This document shows, piece after piece, positions 52,228 to 64,000 of a DNA stretch of 64,000 nt. The notes beneath the pieces were generated by a model, which saw nothing but the letters and a program-made list of their open reading frames with translations, was not told where the DNA came from and ran no database searches. The translations under genes were made by a program, and so were the position numbers. The stretch comes from Octopus sinensis (Eukaryota), in the NCBI RefSeq assembly GCF_006345805.1, contig NC_042997.1:62186001-62250000 (forward strand), in the 5' to 3' direction. Within the stretch, counting starts at the first letter, position 1. Every line of letters starts with the position of its first letter.

Positions 52228-52491
52228 AATAGGAAATCCGTTGGAAAAAACAAAAACAGAACAGAGGCGGAGCAAAAACAAATCGAACTAGGCTCCTAAG
52301 AGCCCATGGCGAAACTGTTTATCAGTGTATGTTGAGAACCGGTGGCTGGAGAATTTAACGTTAAATTCTTCAGCCACCGGTTCTCAACATACACTGATAA
52401 ACAGTTTCGCCATGGGCTCTTAGGAGCCTAGTTCGATTTGTTTTTGCTCCGCCTCTGTTCTGTTTTTGTTTTTTCCAACGGATTTCCTATT

Positions 52492-52578
52492 TTCTTCCTG
52501 AAGAGAAAGACACAATATGGTCCCATTATTCAATCGGATTTTGGTAATTTGTGCCTTTCGAAACACGTGTAGAATGAA
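52492..52578 (+). ncRNA. Type-I hammerhead ribozyme with an intact core
   Basis: UUCUUC-CUGAAGA-GAAAGACACAA..UUGUGCCUUUC-GAAA-CACGUG-UA-GAAUGAA; predicted cleavage after 52571. Confidence 0.8.
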
Positions 52579-52787
52579 ATAAAACGATTTCTGTTCAATC
52601 TGCGTTCAGCTCCATTTCTTCAATTCACCAATAATATTTTAATTTCAATTATCCGCACCAACGCACGGTTGCAACACCATATGGTTGTACCTCCAACCGT
52701 GCTGTTTACTGCTGTGATTTTTGCTACTAAGGTATCGGTTAAACTTTTGATTAATCTACTACAATATTATTCATCTTTCTATTTCAC

Positions 52788-52832
<45 letters not shown>

Positions 52833-52850
52833 CATATCCTACCTGATGTA

Positions 52851-53725
52851 CTCGGTAATTCCCGGAAAAGCGGGGCTTATCCTTTTGTTCCGTTCTCATA
52901 ATTGTTTCGTTAATCCAATAACAACAATAGAAAGTATGTAGCCCTTAAAACAGTGTTTGTGCATTTACAGAGAATACCATACTGTCTTACACAGGATCTT
53001 GTTTTTAGGAATTTCTAAATTGTAAAGACAGTTATGCAATAACATGAAATTAATTACCCAATCATAAGAATTCAAATAAAGTAGCTCCGGAAAGGGCTTT
53101 AATGCGTTCCCAGTGTATATAGAAATTAGGAGGAAATACTAATAAGGTATGTATACTAAAATCGTGAAGCATGTTACGTAATAATAGGCTAATCAGATAT
53201 GAGATAATAACAATTCAAAGTAAATAACTGTGAAAAGGGCTTTTGTGCATTCGCAGAGAATATTGCTCTTAGCTGCGCTAGTGTTGGTATATTCGTGAAT
53301 AAGTCACTAACCGAAATATGTGGAACTATTGTTTAGGAAAGGGCTATTTACTTGTTTAAGGGTTGTACAGGATAAGCTGCGAAAATAACTCTAGCTCTTC
53401 AAATACTAAGAAATAAGCATACTCAATTTGATTTATACCAAATGATTAAGGAAAATGAATGGGTTATTTCTCTTAACTGTTAAAATCTGGGAGAATGGGT
53501 TATTTCCCTTGGCTCTTAAAATGAAATAAATTAGATATATATAAGGATCCCTTCCAGGGACTCTGTTATCGACTTTTTCAACAATCTGAGTATACCACGA
53601 GGTTTCCAGATATGAGTTCTACTCACGTGTCAAGTTTCATCAAAATCGATAAAACGATGTAGGGAGAGTTAGCGAGCAACTCCACATACACACTCACAGA
53701 CAGAATTTCCTTCATATGTAGCAGA
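52851..53725 (-). mobile_element. Probable non-autonomous Helitron-like element
   Basis: A|TC start at 53725, TCTGTCTGT near the 5' end, atcgattttgatgaaacttg segment, internal aaagggc subrepeats, degenerate 3' hairpin and CGAG|T. Confidence 0.45.
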
Positions 53726-55828
53726 TATATACATATATATATAAATATATATATGTTTGGATTAACTAGATATATATATATATATATACATAGTGAAAGT
53801 ATTATCTCATATTACAATAGAGATGTTATTGCTTCACTATTGACACGTAATGCTGAAATAGTGTAAGAGATAAAAGATTTCTCCGGGCTCGCATTAGGCA
53901 AGAAGTTGAAATTGTTTATGGCCCATGACACTGCATGGACCCTAAGTAAGGCATGTATAAAACTTTAATGAAATATACATGCTTCACTTCTGAGTATTAA
54001 GTTCTATTTCTCCCACCTATACGCCTAAACCTGTATATGCATGCGTGCACGTGTGTGTATATAAGGTGGGCCGTCTTTTACCAGTGTACTCGGGAAAGCT
54101 GGCTCAGCGTGTTGTAGTTTCTGATGCGTAGACCTTTCCTTTCGAGGAGATGGGTGCGATTTGAGGGAATTTAGTTGTTATTTCTAGTAAATCGGTCGAT
54201 CGTATTGGTTTATAATGCTCCATTACCACCAACAAACAAGGTTTCCGGTAAGCAAGTACTTGTATTGTTTGGCTACGGAAGTAATTAAACAATGCAAGCT
54301 CTCGTTTGGCTGCCGAAGTCAAATTCATTACAGTTTTTAATTAGTGATTCTCAATGAGAAATGTGTGGTTGATTAATTGATAGTATAATTCATACTATCA
54401 GAGATTATATATTTGTTGAGGTAATTGTTGTTTTTCATCTCAATAAGTGGGGACCGATGGATCCACAGTTCATCTTCCCACTAACGTAATCTTCAACACG
54501 TGCCCGAAGCAATTAACTCTCATCTGGGATACACGATGTAACTCTGTGTCCTGTATGTCACGTAATACACGGGGCATATTTCTCAGGCGTCCATGTAACA
54601 TTCGAAATTATCATTTCAACCATCAGAATAACTTGTGACTTATGAAATGAAAGCTTTATATCACCCCGAAGGTATGAAGCAAGATCACTCTAAAAATCTG
54701 AAAACAAGCGTGGACATTTAGAATAAACTTATGGAATACCTGGATAGGCGAAGGGTTATGCGGCAAATATATTAGTTAGAACCCGCCGCTATAAGCTACT
54801 GGAGAATTCTCTAAAGGGCAATTGTTGGAAGGGTTCCTTTAGCTAGCTCTATATGTTCTTCGTGAAGGCGAACCCCATCGGAAATTGGAAGTCACTCATT
54901 GAAATATTGGTGTTTATATATCCCCGCATGAATAGAAATGACCTTAGTGGATTACGCAATGAAAGTTTAAAAGGAAGAACATAATACATAAATACATTAA
55001 GTTATCTATAAATCTCACAGAGAAGGGATCACATCTTATACCATTTAGTTTAGACTTTAAGATTTTAGTTCAAATCCTTCTTGGATCGTGAAGCAGTTAA
55101 CTAATCTAGCAAGCTGGTTTTGATTTTGGCTTAAGCGGTTTAACATCACCTAGGCTGGTAGTAGTGTTGTGTAAAGCATAAAATGTATCCTGTCTCCACT
55201 TCCCTTTTTTTTTTTTTGAAAGATAGGAAATGATCGCATTTATTACATAAATTTATTGGTAGTTTCGAAAGCAGGATAAACATTGCACCTCGACAAGTAG
55301 TTTAAATTGCCAGACATAGGACAATCTATATTACTGAAATCATGTATTACAAATAATAGTTTTCTTTTTAGAACGTAGCAGCTTTCGGTAAATATTTACC
55401 ATTATAGTAGACATTGTGTTGCGCATTGTTTTAACAATTTCATTCGTACTCTGATGTGTTCATAAGTTACACCCAGCTTAGAATGTTGTAATGATAGTAA
55501 TAATTGGCTTAGTCGACCAGTTTTACTTTGCGCTTGTATTTTACCACCCCTTGTTCACATAATTAAGTAAGCTAGCCTGAAGTGATTTTTTTCTTATATC
55601 TGATATAGCCAAATACTAACTTACATGACACTGAAACTAGTTCAGAATAGCTTGGTATTTCAATGCACAAGTCATAGTATTAATATTAGCATTAGTAATT
55701 CAAAGACAAAAGAGAAAAAACGAAATAGTTTTTATTAAAGCCTAAACTACCATAACAATCTGGGTGTAGCGCAACTATTTGCTTATATAAAGTTCTTGGT
55801 TTTGATACTAGAAAGGATTGTGAGATAT

Positions 55829-55890
55829 CTTCTTCTTCTTCTTTCTTCTTCTTCTTCTTCTTCTTCTTCTTCTTCTTCTTCTTCTTCTTT
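55829..55890. repeat. (TTC)n microsatellite
   Basis: Direct run abutting the 3' end of a minus-strand retroelement. Confidence 0.95.
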
Positions 55891-57760
55891 CACTGTTGTG
55901 GTTTCACTCAGTTGTGTTATATTTATTGTCTTATATGTGCAGAGCCTAGTAATGCTATTCTCTTACTCTTTGCATATTTGTAAATCTTGGTGCTTCGGTT
56001 ATCTATTTTTCTGTGCCTTTTCTCTTTTATCATAGTTCACCTTTTATTATAGGAATTATTTCGATTTTCAGATCCCACAAGCGAGTTTTCTCTATTTCCA
56101 GATCTTCGTGATTGGTTAAATTCTCCATTTCTTTGACTTATATATATTATCATCTGTCGTGACTGATACATTGATTGGAATGCACTTTTTCCTTGGAAGT
56201 TTTTGACAACAATATCAAGTCTTGGTAACTTCCGGCCTTCTCATACTCCGTCTTTACAATGTTCTTAATTGCAGACACTACTACGTCAATGAAGATCCAT
56301 TCTTTGATCGAGCTCCGTAGAAGAGTGATATCTGGGCCAATATATTACAGCTTCATATTTTTGCAGACTCATACCCCATCCCACGTAAGTTTCACTCGAT
56401 CATTCTCTCGACTGGCAAGGGTTGGTATTTGTACCACTTGTTAGTACACTGTAACCTGCACCTTCGCTGTGCAACTTTGTGATGTCATTTTACTGTTCCC
56501 TCTTTTGAACCAGTTTTGAGCATTCCCAGGCTACATGTCTAATTGCTTCAGATGCGTTTTCACACAATCTACACAGAGGGGTTTCCACAGTCTTATCAAA
56601 TTCTATATTTGAGTATGCAAGTTCGCAAAACTTATTCTTGAGCAGCAAAGATAAAGTTCTGTTTTCTTTCTTTAAAAATCCATGTTTTAGCCATTTCTAA
56701 GACATTTCTAAGATTCTGCACCATTTCCATCTGATAATTATTGGATAAACTCTTCGTACAGGACTTTATTTTTCTAGTTGTTGATTTTTGCCTGATAAGT
56801 TCTCTTTTTGTACTTCTGGAAGACCTATTCATTATAACCAAACACCTTCTCTCTCAGTGCGGCTTGCAAAATCCGTTCATCACCCTCCATAAGATCGGCA
56901 TGTAATGATTTGCTCTCCTTTCTCACACTCTCCTCTATTGCAATCAATCTTTTTCCTCTTTCTTTCCTTGATCGATAAAGCCTTGCTAAATTCCTTCTCG
57001 TATGAAGGTATGCATGCATGGCCATTATCTTTCTTGTTCTATACATGTTGATTAGTTTCTCTTTTGTCTATTCCACAACTACCATAGCGTTGCGGATCAT
57101 ACCCATAGCCCAGGCATTAATGCCACTGATCAGGTTACCTCCATTCATTTTGGATCTACACAGCTCTTGTAATGTCTCAAATGTGATATTGTCCCTCTTC
57201 CTGGTGTTCATCGTCTAGTCTAACTCTAAAATGCTAAGGCGCTTATATTCTTCTTTGTTCGCTTTTCAAATATACTTCTTGTGCGGAAATTCTACTTCAT
57301 TGCTGTCTACGTTTCACCTTCTCTTCATTTCTTGGGCAGAGTACTTATCTATATCAAATGACATTCAAATATCTCTTGAGAAAATTCTTCTTGAAAACTA
57401 AGATTTACGCAAATAATAAAAATAAACAGCAAAAATGGAAAGGAGTTTCCTTGAAGGATTGCTCTCCCAATGTTAACCTGTCCAAAATCAGTCCCTCCTA
57501 CTGTCAAAACCGTCTTTCAGTTCTTTATACCGTTGTTTATTAAACGATATATTCTTGGCTGTCCCAGGCATTTCAGGATCCATAAGTGAAGCAAAATATT
57601 ATATGACTTCTTTTATTCAGTCCAGCCCATCGACAAAATATGTCAATCTTTTCCAGCAGTTCTTTCAGATTATCATATCTACAGCAACCGATCCTTTGTT
57701 CCTCGTGATCCCTTCCTGAAGTTCTGTCCATTTGCTGGTAGTCCATTTCTTTCAAGGTGT
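55891..57760 (-). mobile_element. Decayed R4/Dong-like retrotransposon (RT C-terminus to REL)
   Basis: KMNGGNLISGINA, RTRKIMAMHAYLH..LARLY, CRLCEKASEAIRHV, WPDI, ALLGSAHI fragments; (GAA)n at the 3' end. Confidence 0.7.
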
Positions 57761-58261
57761 TCATACAGTTTTTCCCAAAATTAATTTTCTCAACTCGCGC
57801 ATTATACACGAAAACATATTTATATTGTAACATATGAAAGCACCTATTTAAATCAACTACATAGAATTTGCCAAACGAACAAAAGAAGCCTTTATTAATG
57901 AGCAAAAGCGTTGTTTTGGGCGGTGCAAATGAAACTATAGGATTTTTTTTCTAGTTTTGCTACCAACGAGACACTCAGCGTGAGTAACCCAGAAGAGATT
58001 TACGTGGTAGAGATGTGTGACAAAAACGAGAAAAAAAACCAAACTAAACTCCTCATCTGAGGGCTGAGGTCGAAGAAAGAAGACGGTTAGATATCTCTGC
58101 ATCTCCAAATATACGCTTTCATCTCTTCGGTATCGATTTAAATAAACACAAAGCATATACTAAGAATGATTCATGTTTAGCCAATTATATATTTGTGGTT
58201 CCACGCAAATATAAGGAAATAATGATTATCATGTTGTGGTGTGGATGTTGTGGTGCAAAAG

Positions 58262-58559
58262 GTTGTTTGTTCCTTCTCGAGCCACGCTTGGCTCATAGGG
58301 CCGGTTTCCCGGTTTCCTTGGCGTACAGGTTTCCCACCTGGACGGAACTCCGGTCCGTCGCAGGTGAGCTGCAAGATGCAAGAGTGAGAGAAAGTTGTGG
58401 CGAAAGAGTCAGCAGAAGTTCGCCAGTACCCTCTGCCGGAGTCGCGTGGAGCTTAAGTGTTTCGCTCATAAACACACGCATCGCCCGGTCTGAGATTCGA
58501 GCGCGCGATCCCTCGACCTCGAGTCCGCTGCTCTAACCACTAGGCCACGTGCCTCCACT
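58262..58559 (-). mobile_element. tRNA-derived SINE with ggaaaccgggaaaccggccc tail
   Basis: A box TGGCCTAGTGG; body like 9791-10170 but a different tail. Confidence 0.8.
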
Positions 58560-59439
58560 GGTGCAAAAGGTAATCGTTCGAAAATATATCGCCCCGGTAG
58601 AAACCATTCCATGGCTATTGTAACAGGAAAGTAAAATAGGAAAAGACAGAATAACACTTTCAAAATACAAGGCGTTTGTACTGAGTTAAAAAGAAAGTAA
58701 TATATTTATTTTGTAGAGTGAATAATTTATTGCTAAGGATTTGGATTTAGTATATCTCATTTCATCACTCAGTATTCCGTCTCCTTGATTTTGACTATCA
58801 ACCATTAAAAGTCAAAGAAAAATATCTATACTATTTGTTAATTAGTTAGGAGTATGTAACATTTTAAAAAAGAAAGTAATTATTAAAATCTATATTGTAT
58901 AGAAAATTCTTTGAAATTCTACATTTAAAATTTTTATTTTTATCAAAATGTGGCTTTTCAAGCTACTTTTATTATTAAAGATTTCAACAACATGATTCAT
59001 TCAGAAAAAAAAGAACTATTTTAATTCGTTGCGATATAGCACTTTTTTTAACGTCTCTATACTTATTCTTGAAATATAAAGGTTGCCCAAATATTTCCAG
59101 TGATACTTTTTACGAATATATCAGTAAAAACATTTCACCAAATTATAAGTTTAGCATCATCAAAATTATGCTGATTCCGGTTTTATTTTATATGTGTTGG
59201 ATGGTTTCGAAGAAACAGAAAGCTGAAGAAAAACTGTGGTTTTAATTTAATTATGTCAATTGTACCGAATACAAAGAGGAATCAGAAGTTATCTACACTT
59301 GCCAAAACTTTCTTAAGATTGGCCACACTGCTTTTAGTGCCCCCTACACCACACTAAAAGGCGGTGCTCTTGTGGTTATGTAACTGAGGTTTGACCTTGA
59401 TCACTTCAGTTTTCTTCCTTGTGTAACAGAGTAAACATG

Positions 59440-60235
59440 GCCTCTCCATTGGTCGTTTGCACCAAAGAAGATCCCATTTCTCTGGTCTGAAGGTGTGTAG
59501 GGGCTAAAATTCACAGCACACTTTCAGCATAATGCGGGGATAAAAGTGTGTTTGAGTGACTGGAGAAGTTTAAAAATTGTCGGACAAGCGTGAAGCACGC
59601 CTATCAACTTCCATCACTGACGTGAAGATTCAACAAGCCCCATAGCTGGTTCTGGCGAACCGATGAATGATTATCGATGAAGTGGCATGTTCTCCGCAAA
59701 TTAATCACGGTTCTGCATACAAAATTATCCACAATGTCTGTTCAAGATGGGCTCCTAGAAAGCTTACCGACGCGCATATGCGCAATCGTGTGGAGATCTG
59801 TCAACGCTTATTCGACCGATACAACGATGAAGGCGAAGGTTTTCTGTGGGGGAATAGTCACGAGAGATGAGACCTGGGTCTATCATTCTGTACCAGAATA
59901 AAAAAAGGCAGAGTAAGGAGTGGAAACACCCCGAATCACCAGTGAAAAAGAAATTCAAGTCTCAACTTTCTGCAGAAGAAGCGATTCTAACCGTTTTAGC
60001 GTATTCGAAAGGGCCTATACTAGAACATTACATGGAAAAGGGATCTGCAGTCATCGATGTAGGTCACACTGAAATGTTGGCCAACAAACCAGCAATTCGT
60101 ATCAAAGGTGGAGGTCTAATGTCAGAGCAAGTGTTATTATTGCATGACAATGAACGCCAACATACAGTTGCCTACATCATAGAAACCTTCGAAAAACTAG
60201 GTTTCGAGTTGCTGAAACACCCTGCTATCATCTCT
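59440..60235 (+). pseudogene. Decayed mariner transposase
   Basis: VCSRWAPRKLT, IVTRDETWVYH, KRQSKEWKHPESP, LLHDNERQH, GFELLKHP. Confidence 0.8.
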
Positions 60236-62036
60236 TGATCTCAACTTTAACATGAAATCTGTTTTATATTTCCGATAGTTAATTCCTTTGCTGAAATCTT
60301 ACTACAATAACTGTTCGTGTTACTGTAGTAACACGATAAAAAAAAAATTCCTATCTCTGTACGTCTGTAATTGTGTATTTACACAGGTTATTATCACTAA
60401 CACACACACACATATTTACAAACATATTCAGTGTATATATATACTGAAACAAAGCAAGTTGCAATCCGTTTGATCTTAATGAAAACTATCACTATTTATA
60501 GTCCAAGTATTAATTATTTACGTAGCCTCGCAACAGTTTTATTCACCGTAAACCTGTTCAGGCGTTTTGTTAGAACAATAAGTTGTTTTGGTTTCTATCT
60601 TGATTGCTTCTATTTTAAAGATAATAACATAGGAATCGTTGACAGCATACATTGTGGGTTATTGTTAGGTTGTGAAGGTAGGCAAGTCCTGCACTATGTT
60701 TACACACACACACACACATACACACACACACACACATCCATATACACACATACATACACACACACATACATACACACACATACATACACACACATACATA
60801 CACACATGCAGACATACGCATGGATGGAAACATAAACACACAAACGTTTAACACACATCTTGATGAAATCCTCACCGAAAGCATTAAAGCAAAATTGCAC
60901 CTGTTCTCCACTGAGAACGGAATTTGAAAATTATCGTTGAAATTGCCTATTGTTTGTTTTGGCTCATTGAACACGCTGGTTAGTCATATATAAATACCAA
61001 ACATCATACATGTATATGAGTTTCGACACAGCTCCACAACTTCTTTAATTGCTTGTAAATATTCCCTTCCAAACACATAATCACACTACGTACTTTAAAC
61101 TTTCCTTCGTATCTTGATGTTCCGAGATCAAATTCGACATAAGACGACTTCGCGTTTTTAACTTAGTATATTGAAAATAAGTACATTAAAGGAAAGGAGA
61201 CATTAGATGATATTGTCCAAGAGACTCCGCCTAAAACGGGATCATCATGGATGGAAAACCTTTAAACAGAATTCTGTTTGATGACAGTTGCCTGAGGCTG
61301 AACAATAATAACCATAGATGTTTTACACTCTAGATACATTAAACCACTAATTGTATACAACAAAGTTGGCCCACAACTAAGATTAACTCACATCACTGAT
61401 GGTTTGCTTCACAGAGAGTCCACATCAAAGATGGTTTTCTAATAAATATGTCCTTTATTACAGATATGATATTCTATAGACGACTAAAACTGCAACGATT
61501 ATGCCTCTGTTCTTTTTTATTTGTAGTTATCATGATTATTGTACATCCTACTCTTGTATCTATGATCATACATAGATGATGTAGATATTTAGCTGGAGAG
61601 AGAGTTTTACTCTGCATTCATGCTTCTTCTCCCATTTAGCTTAATTGCTCTGAGGTCTAACAGTGAAACCTGGCAAGGTGAATGACAGGTCACGATGTCA
61701 TCTTGGAGGGTTGATACTGCCCCACTTAAAAGTGGTCTGGTCTTCTACTAGTCTTTGAGCTACTTCTTTGATCTTCTAGTTAGGTGAGAACTGCAATATA
61801 TTTAGTTGTGAAAGACTCAAAGAGGGAATCACGACTCAAAACGATTTTAGTTATTTCTTATATTGTCTGGGTTCGATGTCAGTGGTGTTCATTCGACGAC
61901 GGATTTCCATGTGACTGATCTAATTTTACCAGGAGACTGAGAAATTTTACATTTATGACTTTCGGTGGGTTTTCGTGTTAGGTTTATGTGGTCGTTTCTC
62001 GCATCCATATAGTAGAATGAAAGCAGAAGCACACAC

Positions 62037-62262
62037 ATGTGTATGTATGTATGTATGTATGTATGTATGTATGTATGTATGTATGTATGTATGTATGTAT
62101 GTATGCATGCATGCATGCATGCATGTATGTATGTATGTATGTATGTATGTATGTATGTATGTATGTATGTTTGTTTGTTTGTTTGCTTGTTTGTTTGTAC
62201 GTACGTATGTATGTATGCATTCAGGTAGGTAGGTAGGTATGTAGGTAGGTAGGTAGGTAGGT
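62037..62262. repeat. Compound (ATGT)n/(GTTT)n/(AGGT)n microsatellite
   Basis: Direct runs; another (AGGT)n at 62810-62900. Confidence 0.9.
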
Positions 62263-62959
62263 ATATACTAGACAACACATGGTATAACTTTAGAGCATGT
62301 AACTTATAATTCAAAGCTAATTGCAGAGTTGTTAGAGTAAATAAGGGATTAATAAGTTATGCATAAAATCTCTTACAGCCGTTTCTAGAATAGCTGTGCA
62401 TAAGGTGCATAACTCATTGAGGAAAGATTTCAATACAAAAGCCAACGATGCAGTCTTCAGAGAAGAAGAATTAAGAAATGTCCTTAATAAAGGATATTAG
62501 TAGAACTTGTAACTACTAACATCTTTTACTAAGGATATTCATTAATTTTATCCTTTATGCATAACTTCTTAATCTCTAACGACTCTGCAATTATGTTTGA
62601 ATTATAAATTATATGCCACATGTTCTGCTTGTTAATTTTTCCTTTTTAATATATACCTACCCGCTCAATGATGAACTACTTATAACCATTTATTGCTAAG
62701 ATAAAAACAATACCACTTTTGTTTTAGTCGCAGTTCAAGTAGGAGCTTTAGTGGTATACCAACCTGAGCTCTTATAATACTTATTACATTAGTTATTAGA
62801 TGCAACTTTAGGTAGGTAGGTAGGTAGGTAGGTAGGTAGGTAGGTAGATAGGTAGGTAGGTAGGTAGGTAGGTAGGTAGGAGGCAGGCAGGTAGGTAGGT
62901 AGGCACTTGCACAATCACTCATCGGAGTGTAGGGAGGATCGACAGGTCATCGGAGTTAA

Positions 62960-63545
62960 AATATTTTGACTCACTGGTTGCGGAGAAGAAAGTGGCGTCA
63001 GCAAAAGATATCAACTGTCAAAGCGGGTCTGCGACTTCTGCGTTCCGATTCCTTCGATGGTATGTATGGAAGAAGCACAACATCTTCTTAAGGACTAAAA
63101 TCTTTCTTTTCTGTACGGTGGTTCTACTTGTTCTCCTCTACAGCACTGGCACCTGGACCATCCTCAAACAAGATCTGAACAAGATCAAGGTGTCCCAAAT
63201 TTCATGTCTTCGTCAGGTCCTTTCTATGCGACCGAGTCTTAAACAACAACATCCGAAAATAATGCCAGCAGCAGCCGATTATCGAAACCAAACCAGGCAG
63301 CGTATGCTACAGTGGTTTAGCCACGTCTGCATGATGAGCATATGAAGACTATCACATCAACTTGAGTGGCCGCAGCGACTAGAGATTCCAGCACAGCGTG
63401 CCAAAGAAGACAGGGGTGAAACAAATTGAGGAAGACCTGAAGTCGCTGCGCCTCGACCTCAAGCATGTAAAGGTCAGCGCCATGGATCGAAAGCGTGGAA
63501 TAACATCATCACTCAAGTCAATCACCCAGCAGCAACCAGCAGTGT
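62960..63545 (+). mobile_element. Decayed RTE-like LINE 3' fragment
   Basis: SAFRFLRWYVWKKHNIFLRTK, LLYSTGTWT, CLRQVL, LQWFSHVCMM. Confidence 0.7.
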
Positions 63546-64000
63546 ATTAGTTGAGAGGACATTCTCTCCTCTGGTCGCCAGCTAGGGATTAAAGAATAAT
63601 AATAAGGTAGAGAAGTACGTACGTGCATAAATCTATACATACGGAAGAAAGTTCCTGACCTGAACATATACATACTCTCACTTGAATATAGGGAATACAA
63701 TTTAACGCACACACATACACACACACAAACACACATGCACACACACACATACACACATACACTCATATGCACAAATGCATAAACAGTAATGAAGCACATA
63801 CACGCGTTTATTAAAATGACATGCATGCCCAGAGGAAAGGAAGTTTATCCACGCACGCACCAACGAACTAAACAGGACCGGTATAAATTTTGCATTGGTA
63901 AAAGTTTACAACATATAAGCATAAATATGCATAAACTTACCACCCCCACACATAATGTATATGTGCAAGATAATACACACACACAGATACATACACGTAT

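Larger units (their letters stand above)
52090..52629. repeat. 540-bp fold-back palindrome with no spacer
   Basis: 270-bp arms, centre between 52359 and 52360 (AAC|GTT), one mismatch seen (52349/52370); preceded by (TA)n. Confidence 0.97.

Noticed and set aside
9791-58559. tRNA-like A/B boxes as real tRNA genes
   Set aside because: No complete cloverleaf with acceptor stem; each continues into SINE body sequence

Overview
AT-rich, microsatellite-dense eukaryotic DNA made almost entirely of transposon remains. The repeat landscape resembles an octopus/coleoid cephalopod genome; this is inference from pattern, not a database search. I found no host protein-coding exon, rRNA, true tRNA or CRISPR array. 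Most ORF-track entries are microsatellite translations. Recognisable content: (1) about nine fragments of R4/Dong-like non-LTR retrotransposons (RT plus restriction-like endonuclease), in two same-strand clusters bounded by (TAA)n or (TACA)n repeats; (2) Tc1/mariner elements of four subfamilies, including a nearly intact IR/DR Tc1 element at 23303-24930; (3) a Penelope-like element (PLE) fragment with a GIY-YIG domain and an inverted terminal repeat; (4) many tRNA-derived SINEs with interchangeable tails; (5) non-autonomous Helitron-like elements; (6) a 382-aa zinc-knuckle ORF1 with no ORF2, inside one Helitron-like element, whose 3' tail matches a SINE tail. The strongest unexplained signal is a set of minimal type-I hammerhead ribozyme motifs at seven loci from six unrelated sequence families, most with a short self-complementary stem III. 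Three lie in near-perfect fold-back palindromes (130, 415 and 540 bp), and one family lies downstream of a tRNA-like Pol III A/B-box unit. All alignments and counts were done by eye.
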